DNA of 64,000 nucleotides from Candidatus Latescibacterota bacterium (GTDB lineage: Bacteria > Latescibacterota > UBA2968 > SICM01). The DNA is taken from positions 288,001 through 352,000 of the forward strand of contig CBDCJO010000001.1 of the NCBI GenBank assembly GCA_965217865.1. Direction: 5' to 3'. A program made the translations under genes and the position numbers. Shown here one piece after another: positions 9,989 to 20,338 of the stretch (position 1 is its first letter; each line of letters starts with the position of its first letter). The notes under the pieces were generated by a model that saw nothing but the letters and a program-made list of their open reading frames with translations, was not told the DNA's origin and did no database searches.

Positions 9989-10643
9989 GGGATCCCTCTT
10001 GCAGGTAGACCGCCCAATCGTCCATGAGCTTGCGGCGGAGGTCGAACAGGTCCGAACGCGCGTAGGCTGCTTCGGCCTTGTCCTTGATGACATGCGCCAG
10101 CGCCTCCTCCATGGCGGCGCGCGACGCGTCGGTGCATTCCGACGCCCAGTCGCGGAAACTCGACCGGAACCCGTGAGGCACCGCCGGAATGCCGAGTTCC
10201 CGCAGCAGCTTGGAAAGTGTTGCGTCTGACAGCGGTTAGCCGTATCTTGTACCGGAAAATACCAGACCGGTCCCATCCTGGGCGAGAGTCCGCGCTACAC
10301 TCAGGACTTCCAGCGCCCGCCCGGACAGCGGCACCCGCTGCAGCCGCTTCGCCTTCATGCGCTGACCGGGGATGGTCCACTGGCGGGCTTCCAGGTCGAT
10401 TTCATCCCACTGGGCCAAGCGAACCTCGCCCGAACGGCACGCCGTCAGCACCAGGAACTCGAAGGCCAGCTTCGCGGTCATGGAAGCTTCCGAAGCCCGC
10501 ACCGCCTCTATCGCGTCTGCAACCTGGCTGTGGGGAAGCGCCCGCTGGTGACACTTGATGCCGGCATGCCGGGGCAGGGCCGCGCCTATCGCGTCGCCGG
10601 CGGGGTTGTCTTGCCGCAAGCCTTGCGCCACGGCCCACTTCAT
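9981..10643 (-). pseudogene. int: P4-type integrase C-terminal half with an in-frame stop at 10236-10238
   Basis: Near-identical to the 3' half of 41841-43067 (TACRSGE, HGFRSSFRDW, LAH, AY); 5' end replaced by an IS200 fragment. Confidence 0.9.
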
Positions 10644-10850
10644 ACTTCGGTGCCCATACCAGATGATACTGGCTATCATAGACTGCGTGACTGGTCCGTC
10701 GGAGTCCCATCGTATGCCTCCTGAGTCGATATGAGTCTCAGTGGTCTGCACACGATAAGACAGCCTTTTAGCTTGCCTTCGGCAAGCTAAACTTTTCCTC
10801 CCCTTCCAAAGGAAGGGGTATCCAAGTCCAAATACTTTCATGAAAGGAAA
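10643..10850 (-). mobile_element. IS200/IS605 left end plus first ~23 tnpA codons
   Basis: Nearly identical to 50336-50542, including hairpins TTTAGCTTGCCTTCGGCAAGCTAAA and CCCCTTCCAAAGGAAGGGG. Confidence 0.9.
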
Positions 10851-10854
10851 CCAG

Positions 10855-11412
10855 ATGGCATCCGGCGCAGACAATAACGGGAGGGCGTTTGTATCGCCCC
10901 AACCCGGTGAATCTTCAAGGGCCTTCCACGGATTCGAACACTATCGCGATCTTCCCGCCGATACGCGATCCATCGCCGCCGCCTACCAGGAGCATCTGGA
11001 GCAGTGCGGGGGGCACCGGAACAGCCCCAAAACAGTACCGGGATTCTGGAAGCAGTGGAGCTCTAAACATGGCTGGGTCGAAAGGGTCAAGGGTCACGAC
11101 GCGGACCTGTCCCGGCGGCAGCGCGACCGGCTTGCCCGTGAGCTGTCCGAGGCCAAGGAGAATGCCGCGAAAGTAGCCAAGGCCGCGCTCTCGCTTTTGG
11201 TATACCGGCTCAAGGATTTGGACATGAACGAGATTCCGGTGTCGGCGTTGGGCAGTTGGTTCAAGACGTTTGTGGAGGTTCAGTTGCGGGCTCTGGGCGA
11301 TTCGGAGAAGCTTGATCACAAGGTGGACATCGAGCCGATAACCGTCACCTACGTTCTGCCCGATGGCAAGAGAATGGAGGATTATCGCGTGCCTGCGGGA
11401 GACCCGAATTGA
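10855..11412 (+). CDS. Terminase small subunit-like protein
   Basis: QPGESSRAFHGFEHYRDL..RSI...WSSKHGWVERV..HD resembles phage TerS N-termini, followed by a coiled coil. Confidence 0.5.
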   Translation: MASGADNNGRAFVSPQPGESSRAFHGFEHYRDLPADTRSIAAAYQEHLEQCGGHRNSPKTVPGFWKQWSSKHGWVERVKGHDADLSRRQRDRLARELSEAKENAAKVAKAALSLLVYRLKDLDMNEIPVSALGSWFKTFVEVQLRALGDSEKLDHKVDIEPITVTYVLPDGKRMEDYRVPAGDPN

Positions 11413-11538
11413 ACGCAGATTTTCGAAAACGCTGTGATGGCCACCGCCGATGACGAATAAAGGCAGGTCGTTTGGGTGTGTTCGGGCTGGCCGTTATTCG
11501 GCTTCCTGGCCACGGGAACCGGGCCGCCCTGCTGCATT

Positions 11539-11770
11539 CTGTTTTCACCAGAGAGCTTCAACCGTTTCGAGATCTCCTTGTCCGCCGCGTCAAGAGTGGC
11601 TTTCAACCATTTTTCATCCATGGGATCCCTCTTGCAGGTAGACCGCCCAATCGTCCATGAGCTTGCGCCGGCGCTCGAACAGGTCAGATAGAGTCCGTTC
11701 CCGTCGCCGTACCTGCCCGGCTTCGTCACTAATACTGCCTCCTGCCCGAGGAGATTTACGACGGGCTTCA
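11539..11770 (-). pseudogene. Internally deleted mini-integrase plus duplicate of 9906-10051
   Basis: KPGRYGDGNGLYL joined directly to DLFERRRKLMDDWAVYL; ~145 bp nearly identical to 9906-10051. Confidence 0.8.
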
Positions 11771-11987
11771 TATCCGCCCCAGAAGGGCTTTTCGGATTGT
11801 CGATAGGGGACCGTGACGGACGTGGATGTCCCACACTACTGTCCCACATAATTCGGTCACCTGGCCACGGGAAACGAGCCGTCCTGCTGGGGCTTATCGG
11901 CCAACAGAAAGCGCGGGAGGGATGCTTCCCCTTCCCACTCTTGGGAATTACTTTAGGTAATTACAAATCACAACGCAGAGCCCGCAA

Positions 11988-12115
11988 TGCCGGGTCCCCT
12001 GCTGAATACAATAGCCCTGTTATACCTGAAGTATGGGGGTAGCTCTCCATGCTTTAGGCGAATAGGCAGGACTTTCCCGCATAACCTCTGCGTGACGGTT
12101 GGCTAAGACCCGGCA
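11988..12115 (+). ncRNA. Candidate ydaO/c-di-AMP-like riboswitch
   Basis: 9-bp closing stem TGCCGGGTC/GACCCGGCA enclosing GCTGAA, GGGGG, GGCGAAT, GCAGG, CCCG and GGCTAA in ydaO order; 5' of a secreted protein gene. Confidence 0.45.
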
Positions 12116-12165
12116 CCTCTTTTTTCAGGTGCCAAAGCATCCAACCTGACAGAAAGAGGAGGGTC

Positions 12166-14297
12166 ATGTTGTTCAAGTGTGTAATATGCGCCATTGTCCT
12201 GTTTGCAACATTGCCACCAAGGATCGCCAAAGCTGAGGAATTTCGTTGTTACGAACCTTCTGAATTGGAAGAAAAAATAACTTACGCCGGAAAACCGGCA
12301 ACCAACTCCATTCCCGAAGGCGAACCCAGAATGGTAAGAGCCGTCTATCTTCTACCCAACGATAGAGAGTTCCGTCAAGAAATGGTTGATTCAATAAAAA
12401 CCATCATTCAGTATGCTCAAAACTTCTTTGGAAGCCAAATGGAAATTCATGGCTATGGTTATAAAACCTTTCAATTCGAAGCTGACATCAATGGTCGTCC
12501 TGTCGTTCATACGGTTATCGGGAAACATTCATCGGATTATTACGCCGAAACCATGATTACATATAAAGACGTTCCTTCAACATACAAGAACGTCTATTTT
12601 ATCGCAATAGATCATACGAAAAGCAGTAGAGCAAGAGGTGCGCGAAATGGAAAAATGGGTGGCAAAGCTATTGTTCCGTTTCCATCGCTATCCAAAATTT
12701 GGGCATGTCATGAACTTGGACATGCTTTTGGGCTGCCTCATGATTTTAGGGATGGCTCTTACGTCATGTCATATGGCTGGAGCCATAACGGCAATACAGG
12801 CCAAAACACACTGTCCAAATGCGCCGCGGAATTTCTATATGTTAATCCCCTGTTTAATCCGGACATCCCGTCAACGTGTGACGGGAAAGAATCAACAACA
12901 ATAAAGCTTGTTTCAACTAATGAATATCCAAATGGCGCCAGCATCCTTCCAGTCCGAATTGAATTGAGCGATTCAACAGGCCTTCACTCGTTCAGGATAA
13001 CTATATCTCCAAATGGACAGATAAAAAAATGTTTCGGCGGTCTGAATGGATCGAAAAAAAGATTATTGAATTTTATTTTGATGGTGCCCCTCCAATGTAT
13101 TCTGAAAGAAATCTTTCCAATCAGGTTGCGCACAAAATATATTCCACCGCGGCTGATATCAATGGGCATAATGAATATAAATCTTTCACTTTCATAGAAA
13201 AATCAAAATATCAGATCACTACACTGGAAGGCCATACGTCCCGTGTTACGGCCGTATCATTTTCTCCGAACGGAACCATCCTCGCATCTGGATCGGAAGA
13301 CGCAAGCGTCAGACTTTGGAACGTGGAATCAAAGGAAAGCATGATGGCCCTGGAAAACCCAACACATCACACAACCAACATACCCATATTCTCACCAGAC
13401 GGGAAAACACTTGTATATGGGTCAGGCTATGATATCAAAGTATTGGACATGAAAACGAAAAAATATGTTGAAGTTCTCAAACATGAGAAAATTCCCAGCC
13501 ATCTTGAATTCTCTCCAGATGGAAAAATACTTGCCGCGGGACTATCATCGGGAAGCATCATTTTTTGGGATACGGCAACTTGGAATCAAATTAGGACGCT
13601 TAAAGGACATACTGAAAACCGCAACATCACTTCAACTGCATTTTCTCCGGATGGAAAGACAATCGGGTCCGCCTCCGGAGGAGACAATAAAATCATACTA
13701 TGGGACGTAGAAACCGGGGAAGAAATAACCGCCCTTCAAGGACATGAAAGTTACATTTTTTCAATATCATTTTCCCAAGACGGAAAATTGCTCGCGTCAA
13801 GCTCAGCTGATTCAAAGGTTATTATTTGGAACGTAGAAACGGGAGAACAAAACCACACCATTTCCAAGGAACACATGTCATACGCCTTCGTAAATTCAGT
13901 TCTGTTTTCACCTGATGGCAGAATCCTCGCAACAAAAGCACTTTATGATATTCTGCTCTGGGAAGTCAAAACGATGTCACGCATAGCCAAGATCGGACAC
14001 ATTACAGGTAACGTCCAGATTCCATCTCCAACAATGTCTTTCTCTCCGGATGGATCGATTCTTTCGTGTGCGTCCGGCAACACGATAAAATTATACAGAG
14101 TTCCATATTTTCTTACTGTTCCAAATCCAGATTTTAACAGCGATGGTCTCGTTACTATCGATGATTTTTTTATGTTTGCGGAGAACTTCGGCACAAACCA
14201 CGGTGACGAAAAATACGATTTCAAATATGACCTCAACCATGACAGAAAAATAGGGCTTGGAGACTTTTGGATATTTGCCGAAGCGTATGGAAAATAA
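12166..14297 (+). CDS. Secreted zinc metallopeptidase-like + WD40 beta-propeller + EF-hand/dockerin-like tag; frameshifted at A7 13054-13060
   Basis: Signal peptide; HELGHAFGLPHD; WD repeats (GHTSRVTAVSFSPNG..LASGSEDASVRLWN); PDFNSDGLVTIDDFFMFAENFG; one extra A joins ORFs 12166 and 13029. Confidence 0.8.
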
Positions 14298-14353
14298 CCC
14301 CCCCCACTAAGCCCTAAACTTGTAATCACCTTACTTTACTTGAGTTCGGGCGC

Positions 14354-14530
14354 TCAGGGCGCTCCAAGATCGAGGCGCGCACTTCCATTTCCATTCGCCT
14401 CAACGATCGCCCGCAACGACTCGATATCCGCATCGGTCAATGCCGATAAGTCGGGTTTCTGCAACGCCACCTCGCCGCTGTGCTGGAGTTCCTGGGGCGC
14501 ATCGAGGCCGAGCAGCTTCGCCTCCCGCTC
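14354..14530 (-). pseudogene. C-terminal remnant of the TerS-like gene family of 36875-37342
   Basis: EREAKLLGLDAPQELQHSGEVALQKPDLSALTDADIESLR. Confidence 0.8.
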
Positions 14531-15099
14531 CGCATCGGTCCTGCGGCGTCACGGGCGACACTGAACCTCGGTCCGCATCGGGAGTTGCCGCCCGATTACA
14601 GCAAACGGAAGGCAGAATATAACGAAGCCTACCGCCAGTACCATGTTAAACTGCTGTGCGAGGGCTCCCCCACGGTGCGGGATGTCGTGGGCAAATTGGA
14701 TGTCGTGTTAGGTCCCAGGAACATTACTTGCCTCTGCAAACCGACGCATGCGGAGGTGATCAAGGGATTTCCGTGCAACAACCCGTACGTCTGGTATCCA
14801 GAAGAATTGCTGTCCATAGAGTGGGGCCGGTTCGTTCAGGCCACCCGACAAGGCGAGTCTTTGGGCTTCGTCGAAGCATTCCTCAAAAGGGAGGGAACCA
14901 AACTCGTATTTGAGGGATGGCGCTACCTGGGTGAGATGAAACTTGAGAAAGCGGGCACCGTCTTCCACGGCCCGCCCGCGAAGATGATCCGAATGGCGCG
15001 ACACTTAGAGAAACTCGTGTGGAGCAGTCTCCGACACGAATCGGTCGCCAATCATTCTGATGCATCGGCAGCCTCCCCTTCCTCGTCCCCGTCACCGAA

Positions 15100-15419
15100 G
15101 CAGACTTGAACGATCGTCGGTGGAGCGGCGGATCCCTTCAATTCGCCGTCGTGCTCGACCACGCGACGGGCCGAACCGCGCGCAGCAGACAGAACAATAC
15201 GTGCTCGCAAAGCCAGTCGTTACTCGGTCTTGCCAAGAGCGGGTCCACGATCCTTGTCGTGATGGCGGTAAGCGTGTCTCGGGCCGCTGGGAGGCCCCCT
15301 ACACGGGGCGCGTGTTCACCAATTCCCGAAGTCTCGACATCGACCACTTCATCCCGTTGGCCGAGGTGCATCACAGCGGCGGGCATGCCTGGACGCCAGC
15401 CCAGCGGGAGCGCCACTAG
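15100..15419 (+). pseudogene. HNH/DUF1524-type nuclease fragment
   Basis: GRWEAPYTGRVFT..LDIDHFIPLAEVHHSGGHAWT, truncated. Confidence 0.7.
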
Positions 15420-15482
15420 ATGCGCGGGCCGCCGCAGGAACACCCGCATCGGTCACGACGGACTCCAGCAATAGGAGGGGCG

Positions 15483-16721
15483 ATGCAACTTCTCAAACTA
15501 AATGCCCGTTTAACTTGGATCTTGATTGTCATTGCCTTGCTGGTAACTGAGGCTGTGCTCTTGATTATGTACTGGTGTTGGCTGAGTGACGGGGAATCCG
15601 GCAGCACGACAATCCGCAATCTTGGCTTTGTCATTGTCGCGATTATTGGCCTACCACTTGCCATATGGCGTAGCATTGTGGCGCAACGACAGTCCGAAAC
15701 AGCGCAGCGTGGCCTGTTGAACGAACGCTATCAGAAAGGCGCGGAAATGCTGGGTAGTAAGGTACTCCCGGTCCGTCTCGGCGGTATCTACGCTCTTGCA
15801 CGTCTGGCTCGTGAGCATCCCGGAGACTATCACACGCAGATTATGAGTCTCTTCTGCGCGCTCGTGCGCCACCCGGTAGCCGTTGAGGCAGCCGAGCCGA
15901 TAAACGGCGGATCCTTGACGGTGGCCCCCACATTCAAAAACGGGGAGAATGAAGCAGGCAACAATCACCTACTGCGGGTGCGCGAGGATGTTTTGGAAGT
16001 CTTGAAAGTGTTCCGGGAACGCAACGGGACGCAAATCAAAACAGAAACAAAAGGGGAATACCGGCTGAACTTGGTCAACGCGGATCTGAACCATGCGGAT
16101 CTGAACCATGCGGATCTGAAAGGTGCGGATCTGAACCATGCGGATCTGAACCATGCGAAGCTGGCCGGCGCGAAGCTGAACCATGCGAAGCTGACCGGTG
16201 CGGATCTGAACCATGCGGATCTGAAAGGTGCGGAGTTGAACCATGCGAAGCTGATCGGTGCGGATCTGAACCATGCGGAGATGATCGATGCGGAGCTGGG
16301 CGGTGCGAAGCTGATCGGTGCAAAGCTGGCCGGTGCGGAGCTGATCGGTGCGAAGCTGAACCATGCGAAGCTGACCGGTGCGGAGCTGAACCATGCGAAG
16401 CTGAACCATGCGAAGCTGAACCGTGCGGATCTGAACCATGCGAAGCTGAAAGGTGCGGAGATGATCGATGCGGAGATGAAAAGTGCGGAGCTGGACCATG
16501 CGGAGCTGATTGATGCGAAGCTGATTGATGCGAAGCTGGCCGGTGCGAAGCTGGCCGGTGCGAAGCTGGCCGGTGCGAAGCTGAACCATGCGGATCTGAG
16601 AAATTGTGAAGGTCTTACCCAAAAGCAAATTGATCAGGCGACGGCGGATTCCGACGCTCCGCCGAACCTAGAGGGTGTTGTTGACACCAGTACCGGCGAA
16701 CTCCTTGTCTGGCGGGGGTAG
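15483..16721 (+). CDS. Membrane-anchored pentapeptide repeat protein
   Basis: AGGAGG RBS; two TM segments; ERYQKGAEMLG..VRLGGIYAL; ~35 A(D/K/E)Lxx repeats forming a 15-nt-period array at ~16080-16600. Confidence 0.92.
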   Translation: MQLLKLNARLTWILIVIALLVTEAVLLIMYWCWLSDGESGSTTIRNLGFVIVAIIGLPLAIWRSIVAQRQSETAQRGLLNERYQKGAEMLGSKVLPVRLGGIYALARLAREHPGDYHTQIMSLFCALVRHPVAVEAAEPINGGSLTVAPTFKNGENEAGNNHLLRVREDVLEVLKVFRERNGTQIKTETKGEYRLNLVNADLNHADLNHADLKGADLNHADLNHAKLAGAKLNHAKLTGADLNHADLKGAELNHAKLIGADLNHAEMIDAELGGAKLIGAKLAGAELIGAKLNHAKLTGAELNHAKLNHAKLNRADLNHAKLKGAEMIDAEMKSAELDHAELIDAKLIDAKLAGAKLAGAKLAGAKLNHADLRNCEGLTQKQIDQATADSDAPPNLEGVVDTSTGELLVWRG

Positions 16722-16837
16722 GCCGCTCCGCGAAGCGGATCCCGACCGGGGGTTCATGGCACGGTCTGGCAGCTGATAATAATGTCGTGTCCCAGGAGTT
16801 CCTTATAAACGAAAGTCTCCAAAAACGTAGCGGTGGC

Positions 16838-16928
16838 TGTCATTTTGATCGAGAGCCAGCGAGCGAAGATCGCACCAACTGTCTGATAGTTCGGGACATA
16901 GAGATCCTTCACTCCGCTCAGGACGACA
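16838..16928. repeat. GTCAT...GAC palindromic REP/MITE-like element
   Basis: TGTCATTTTGA..GAGCGAAGATC...GATCCTTCACTCCGCTCAGGACGACA imperfect inverted repeat. Confidence 0.55.
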
Positions 16929-17384
16929 AACCGCTATCCGAGGAATTATTGAAGGGATCTTTGGGATACGACACTGATATGTATCGACCGTTGTCAACCC
17001 CTCCGGGTTAGAAATTTTCGGGTGTTATCTTTGCATGGATTTTTTTCGGGAGCAGAAGGGACAATATAGCGATTGCCCGGCCCGGCGACGTGACCGAGGG
17101 CTACGCCGCCGACTGGACCGTCGAGCAACTCTGCGAGCCCGCGCAGCGGATCGCCGACCGGATCGATGCGTTGATGGACGTGTATGCGCACACCGGATTC
17201 GGCGGTTGGTTGTAGACTGCCCGGTGGTGGGCTACATGTTGACCGCAGAGCCTCAAGCGCCTGTTCGGGAAAGGAAATAAAAGGCGGATGCAGTCGCTGA
17301 CCTGACATTCAACCGGAAAGGTGGCGCATAGCGCGAGGAAGGAACAAAAAGGCGACATCGGGCGACGAAGTTAACCCCGGAGAC

Positions 17385-18120
17385 GGCGCCACGACCAACT
17401 ATGAGGCCGACTGGTGGGCGATGGCCGACGCCCTGCGCGGTTCGATGGACGCGGCCGAATACAAGCATGTCGCCTTGGCCTGATTTTCCTCAAATACATC
17501 TCCGACGCTTTCGAGGAGCGCCACGCGGCGGTTGTCACCGAATGGGGCGCCGATGCCGCCGAGGACCGTGACGAATACATCGCCGAGAACATCTTCTGGG
17601 TGCCGCCGCAGGCCCGCTGGACACATCTCAAGGCACACGCGAAACAACCCACGATCGGCCACCGGGTGGACGAGGCCATGGCCGGGATCGAACGCGACAA
17701 CCCAGCGCTCAAGGACGTACTGCCCAGGGACTATGGACGGCCAGCACTGGACAAGCAGCGGCTCGGCCAGCTCGTCGATCGGATCAGCAACATCAAGGTG
17801 GGCGGTGAGGACGCCCGGTCCAGGGATGTGCTCGGCCGCGTCTACGAGTATTTTCTGTCGCAGTTCGCCAGCGCCGAGGGCAAGAAGGGCGGCGAGTTCT
17901 ACACCCCGCGCTGCGTGGTCAAGCTGCTGGTCGAGATGTTGGAGCCCTATCGGGGCCGAGTCTACGATCCCTGTTGCGGTTCGTCCGGCATGTTCGTGCA
18001 ATCGGTCGAGTTCATCCGCACGCACGCCACCGGTAATGGCAATGGCGGAAGAGCACCCAGAGGCGCCAAGGCCGACCTGCCGGCGCCGATGCTTCGGCAG
18101 GCAGGTATCTCGATCTACGA
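17385..18120 (+). pseudogene. hsdM: Type I R-M methyltransferase N-terminal half (frameshifted, truncated)
   Basis: [49 protein letters not shown]; no NPPY/F motif follows. Confidence 0.88.
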
Positions 18121-18239
18121 GACGTTCGGAAGAGAAGACAGGTTCGATGAAGCTGGCAGATTTAGTACGCCATTATTGGGAATATAGACCTGTTTGGATA
18201 GATTTCAGTACACTAAGGATGACACAAAGGAGCGTTATC

Positions 18240-19103
18240 GTGGCGGCAAACCAAACCACCGACTTCAAAGACCCATTGTGGATCACAAAATGGTTGGATA
18301 CGGCCTTGAAGAAGGAGAAGGAAAAATACGAAAAATGTCCGGTAATGCCGGACTTGGTTCCCGGCCTTGAAACTGCGCAGGGGTGGGGCTACGTTACCGC
18401 TGGCTATTTCCTTGTCGAAGAGTCGTTCAAGGCACTTCTATACGTTCGCGGGAAAACGGTGCCCAAAATACACTCACTGTCTACTCTGTTCAACTTGTTC
18501 GATCAAAACGACAAGACGATCCTCTGCGAATATTATGTTGACTACCAAGCAACCATAGGCGGGAACAAAGGGGTGTTTCCGTTCAAATCCCTCGACGACT
18601 TCCTTGTAAATCTCGACGGCGATAAGAACAGACGCGGAGACCACATCGGCTCCTCCGACTGGCGGTACTTCCTCATTGAGGAAAAGCGAAGCCAGAAGAT
18701 GCCGTTGGTCAGCGTGGATTATTTGCACGAAATCGTGTTCGGGTGTATCCAAATCGTCAAATACGCGAACAACTGTCGTTTCAAACCGTCTCGATACACT
18801 CGTACCTGGCGGATGCGACGGAAGCGCAAGAGGAAATATACCGACTGGTTGACTGTCAGGATGAACTCTGACGGGTGGGATGATCTTGGTGATAGATTGG
18901 AAATCCTGTGGGGACCAGACTATCGCGGGCGCTACGATCTATACCTTTTCAGGGGCAAGGGAAGGAAAGACTGTTTTTCGGAGATTCCGGACGACTTCGC
19001 GTTGCCAGTTGTTGACAAGAGGAAGGAGATCGAAACCTTCGATGTTGAACAAGGATATCGGAGTATCGGAGTGACCCGCACTTCGCGTCCGTCTACGAAC
19101 TGA
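18240..19103 (+). CDS. HEPN-like hypothetical protein
   Basis: AGGAG RBS + GTG; LVEESFKALL...PKIHSLSTLF and WRY match HEPN-superfamily patterns. Confidence 0.5.
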   Translation: MAANQTTDFKDPLWITKWLDTALKKEKEKYEKCPVMPDLVPGLETAQGWGYVTAGYFLVEESFKALLYVRGKTVPKIHSLSTLFNLFDQNDKTILCEYYVDYQATIGGNKGVFPFKSLDDFLVNLDGDKNRRGDHIGSSDWRYFLIEEKRSQKMPLVSVDYLHEIVFGCIQIVKYANNCRFKPSRYTRTWRMRRKRKRKYTDWLTVRMNSDGWDDLGDRLEILWGPDYRGRYDLYLFRGKGRKDCFSEIPDDFALPVVDKRKEIETFDVEQGYRSIGVTRTSRPSTN

Positions 19104-19185
19104 AAGTTCTTTCCATCCAAAGTCCTTCGGGTTGTCGTTGTCTTCCAGTATTGAAGGCGTATAGTCGCCCATGGTGCGAGACTTC

Positions 19186-19663
19186 GCGCGGTCACGTTCT
19201 TTGTGGACCATATCGGAGTCAAGACCTCCAGCACGTCAGCCGTCGTGATCTCCGACACCGAACACCGGCTCAGGCGCGGGAACACGTAATGACGAAGCGA
19301 ATGTTCCCATTGCGCCTCGCTCTTGCCGCTGCTCTTCCAATACGGCCGGTGAATTTCTATCACCCTCGCGGCGGCTTCCTCGAACGTGGGCACGCCTTGA
19401 TCCTTGCGCTTCTCCGTGAGCGGGTCGCCGCCGGCACGGGCCAGCTTGCGGTAGGCAAATGCCTTCTCGCGGGCTTCGGCCAGCGTCACCAAGGGAAAGC
19501 CGCCCAGGTCGAGCTCACGCCGCCGTCCGCGAATCGTTAGTCGTTGCACCCAGCAACGCGCCCCGGTCGGCGTGACAAGCAGATAGAGTCCGTTCCCGTC
19601 GCCGTACCTGCCCGGCTTCTTCACCGTTCGGACGAAGGCTGCGCTCAGTACCTTATACTTCAT
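19186..19663 (-). pseudogene. int: P4-type integrase N-terminal half (arm-binding and core-binding start)
   Basis: LSAAFVRTV.KPGRYGDGNGLYL...TTADVLEVLTPIW...TAR, then homology ends. Confidence 0.88.
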
Positions 19664-20064
19664 TTCGAACCTCCCTATGTTGGGGGGTGGTCCAACCACT
19701 TACGTCGATTTTAAAGCGCAATAGTGTCTCACTACAATTCACGCTCCATTCCAATCTTCTTTAGTGCCGCAAATTCCTCAGAAGCTCGCGGCGGCAAAGC
19801 TCATCCTTCAACCGGCGAATCGAGCCCTCGTCCAGGGCCGGAGTTTCCGAATCCGCCGACCGGATAGCCCCGCGCAACGTTTTTGCCTCCACTTTTTCTT
19901 GGAAGGACGCCTCATGTGGTTTCCGCCAGAGAAGCGGAATCCTGGGTGATTGTGCACTTGACAAAATAGGGCTTGGCAGTTCTTGTGTGTTTCGTTACAC
20001 TTTATGGTTTTGACCTCCACTTGGATTTTGTCTCCCATAATGATGCATTGCGATCAGAGGCCCC

Positions 20065-20270
20065 GTGATCGAGAACACAGAGCTCACACTAAACATCTTG
20101 CGTCATTTTGCGCGAGATGATGTTCCTTACCCTTCGAACTTGACTCCCGACGATATATACCGGGTCTTCCCTGGCAAAGACCCGGCGGCCATAGATTATT
20201 CCCTGCTATGTGCGATAAGAACGGAATTGCTGGATGGTCACATTGGTGACTCAAGCACGATAGATAAAAG
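20065..20270 (+). pseudogene. DUF2513-like winged-helix fragment
   Basis: ELTLNILRHF...IDYSLLCAIRTELLDG; weak resemblance only. Confidence 0.3.
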
Positions 20271-20338
20271 GCAGCCTGGAACTGCTCGCGCGGCGACGAC
20301 GTGTCACGCCGCGGGCGCCAAGGACCTATCATCCGCAT

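Noticed and set aside
14480-15109. Intact 209-aa gene
   Set aside because: Its 5' end lies in the antisense TerS remnant and it has no RBS; probably a truncated gene of unknown family
15969-16628. 219-aa QLRMV repeat protein
   Set aside because: Antisense reading of the pentapeptide array
17532-19103. Single 523-aa protein
   Set aside because: Its first ~235 codons are an off-frame reading of the hsdM remnant; the real start with an RBS is near 18240
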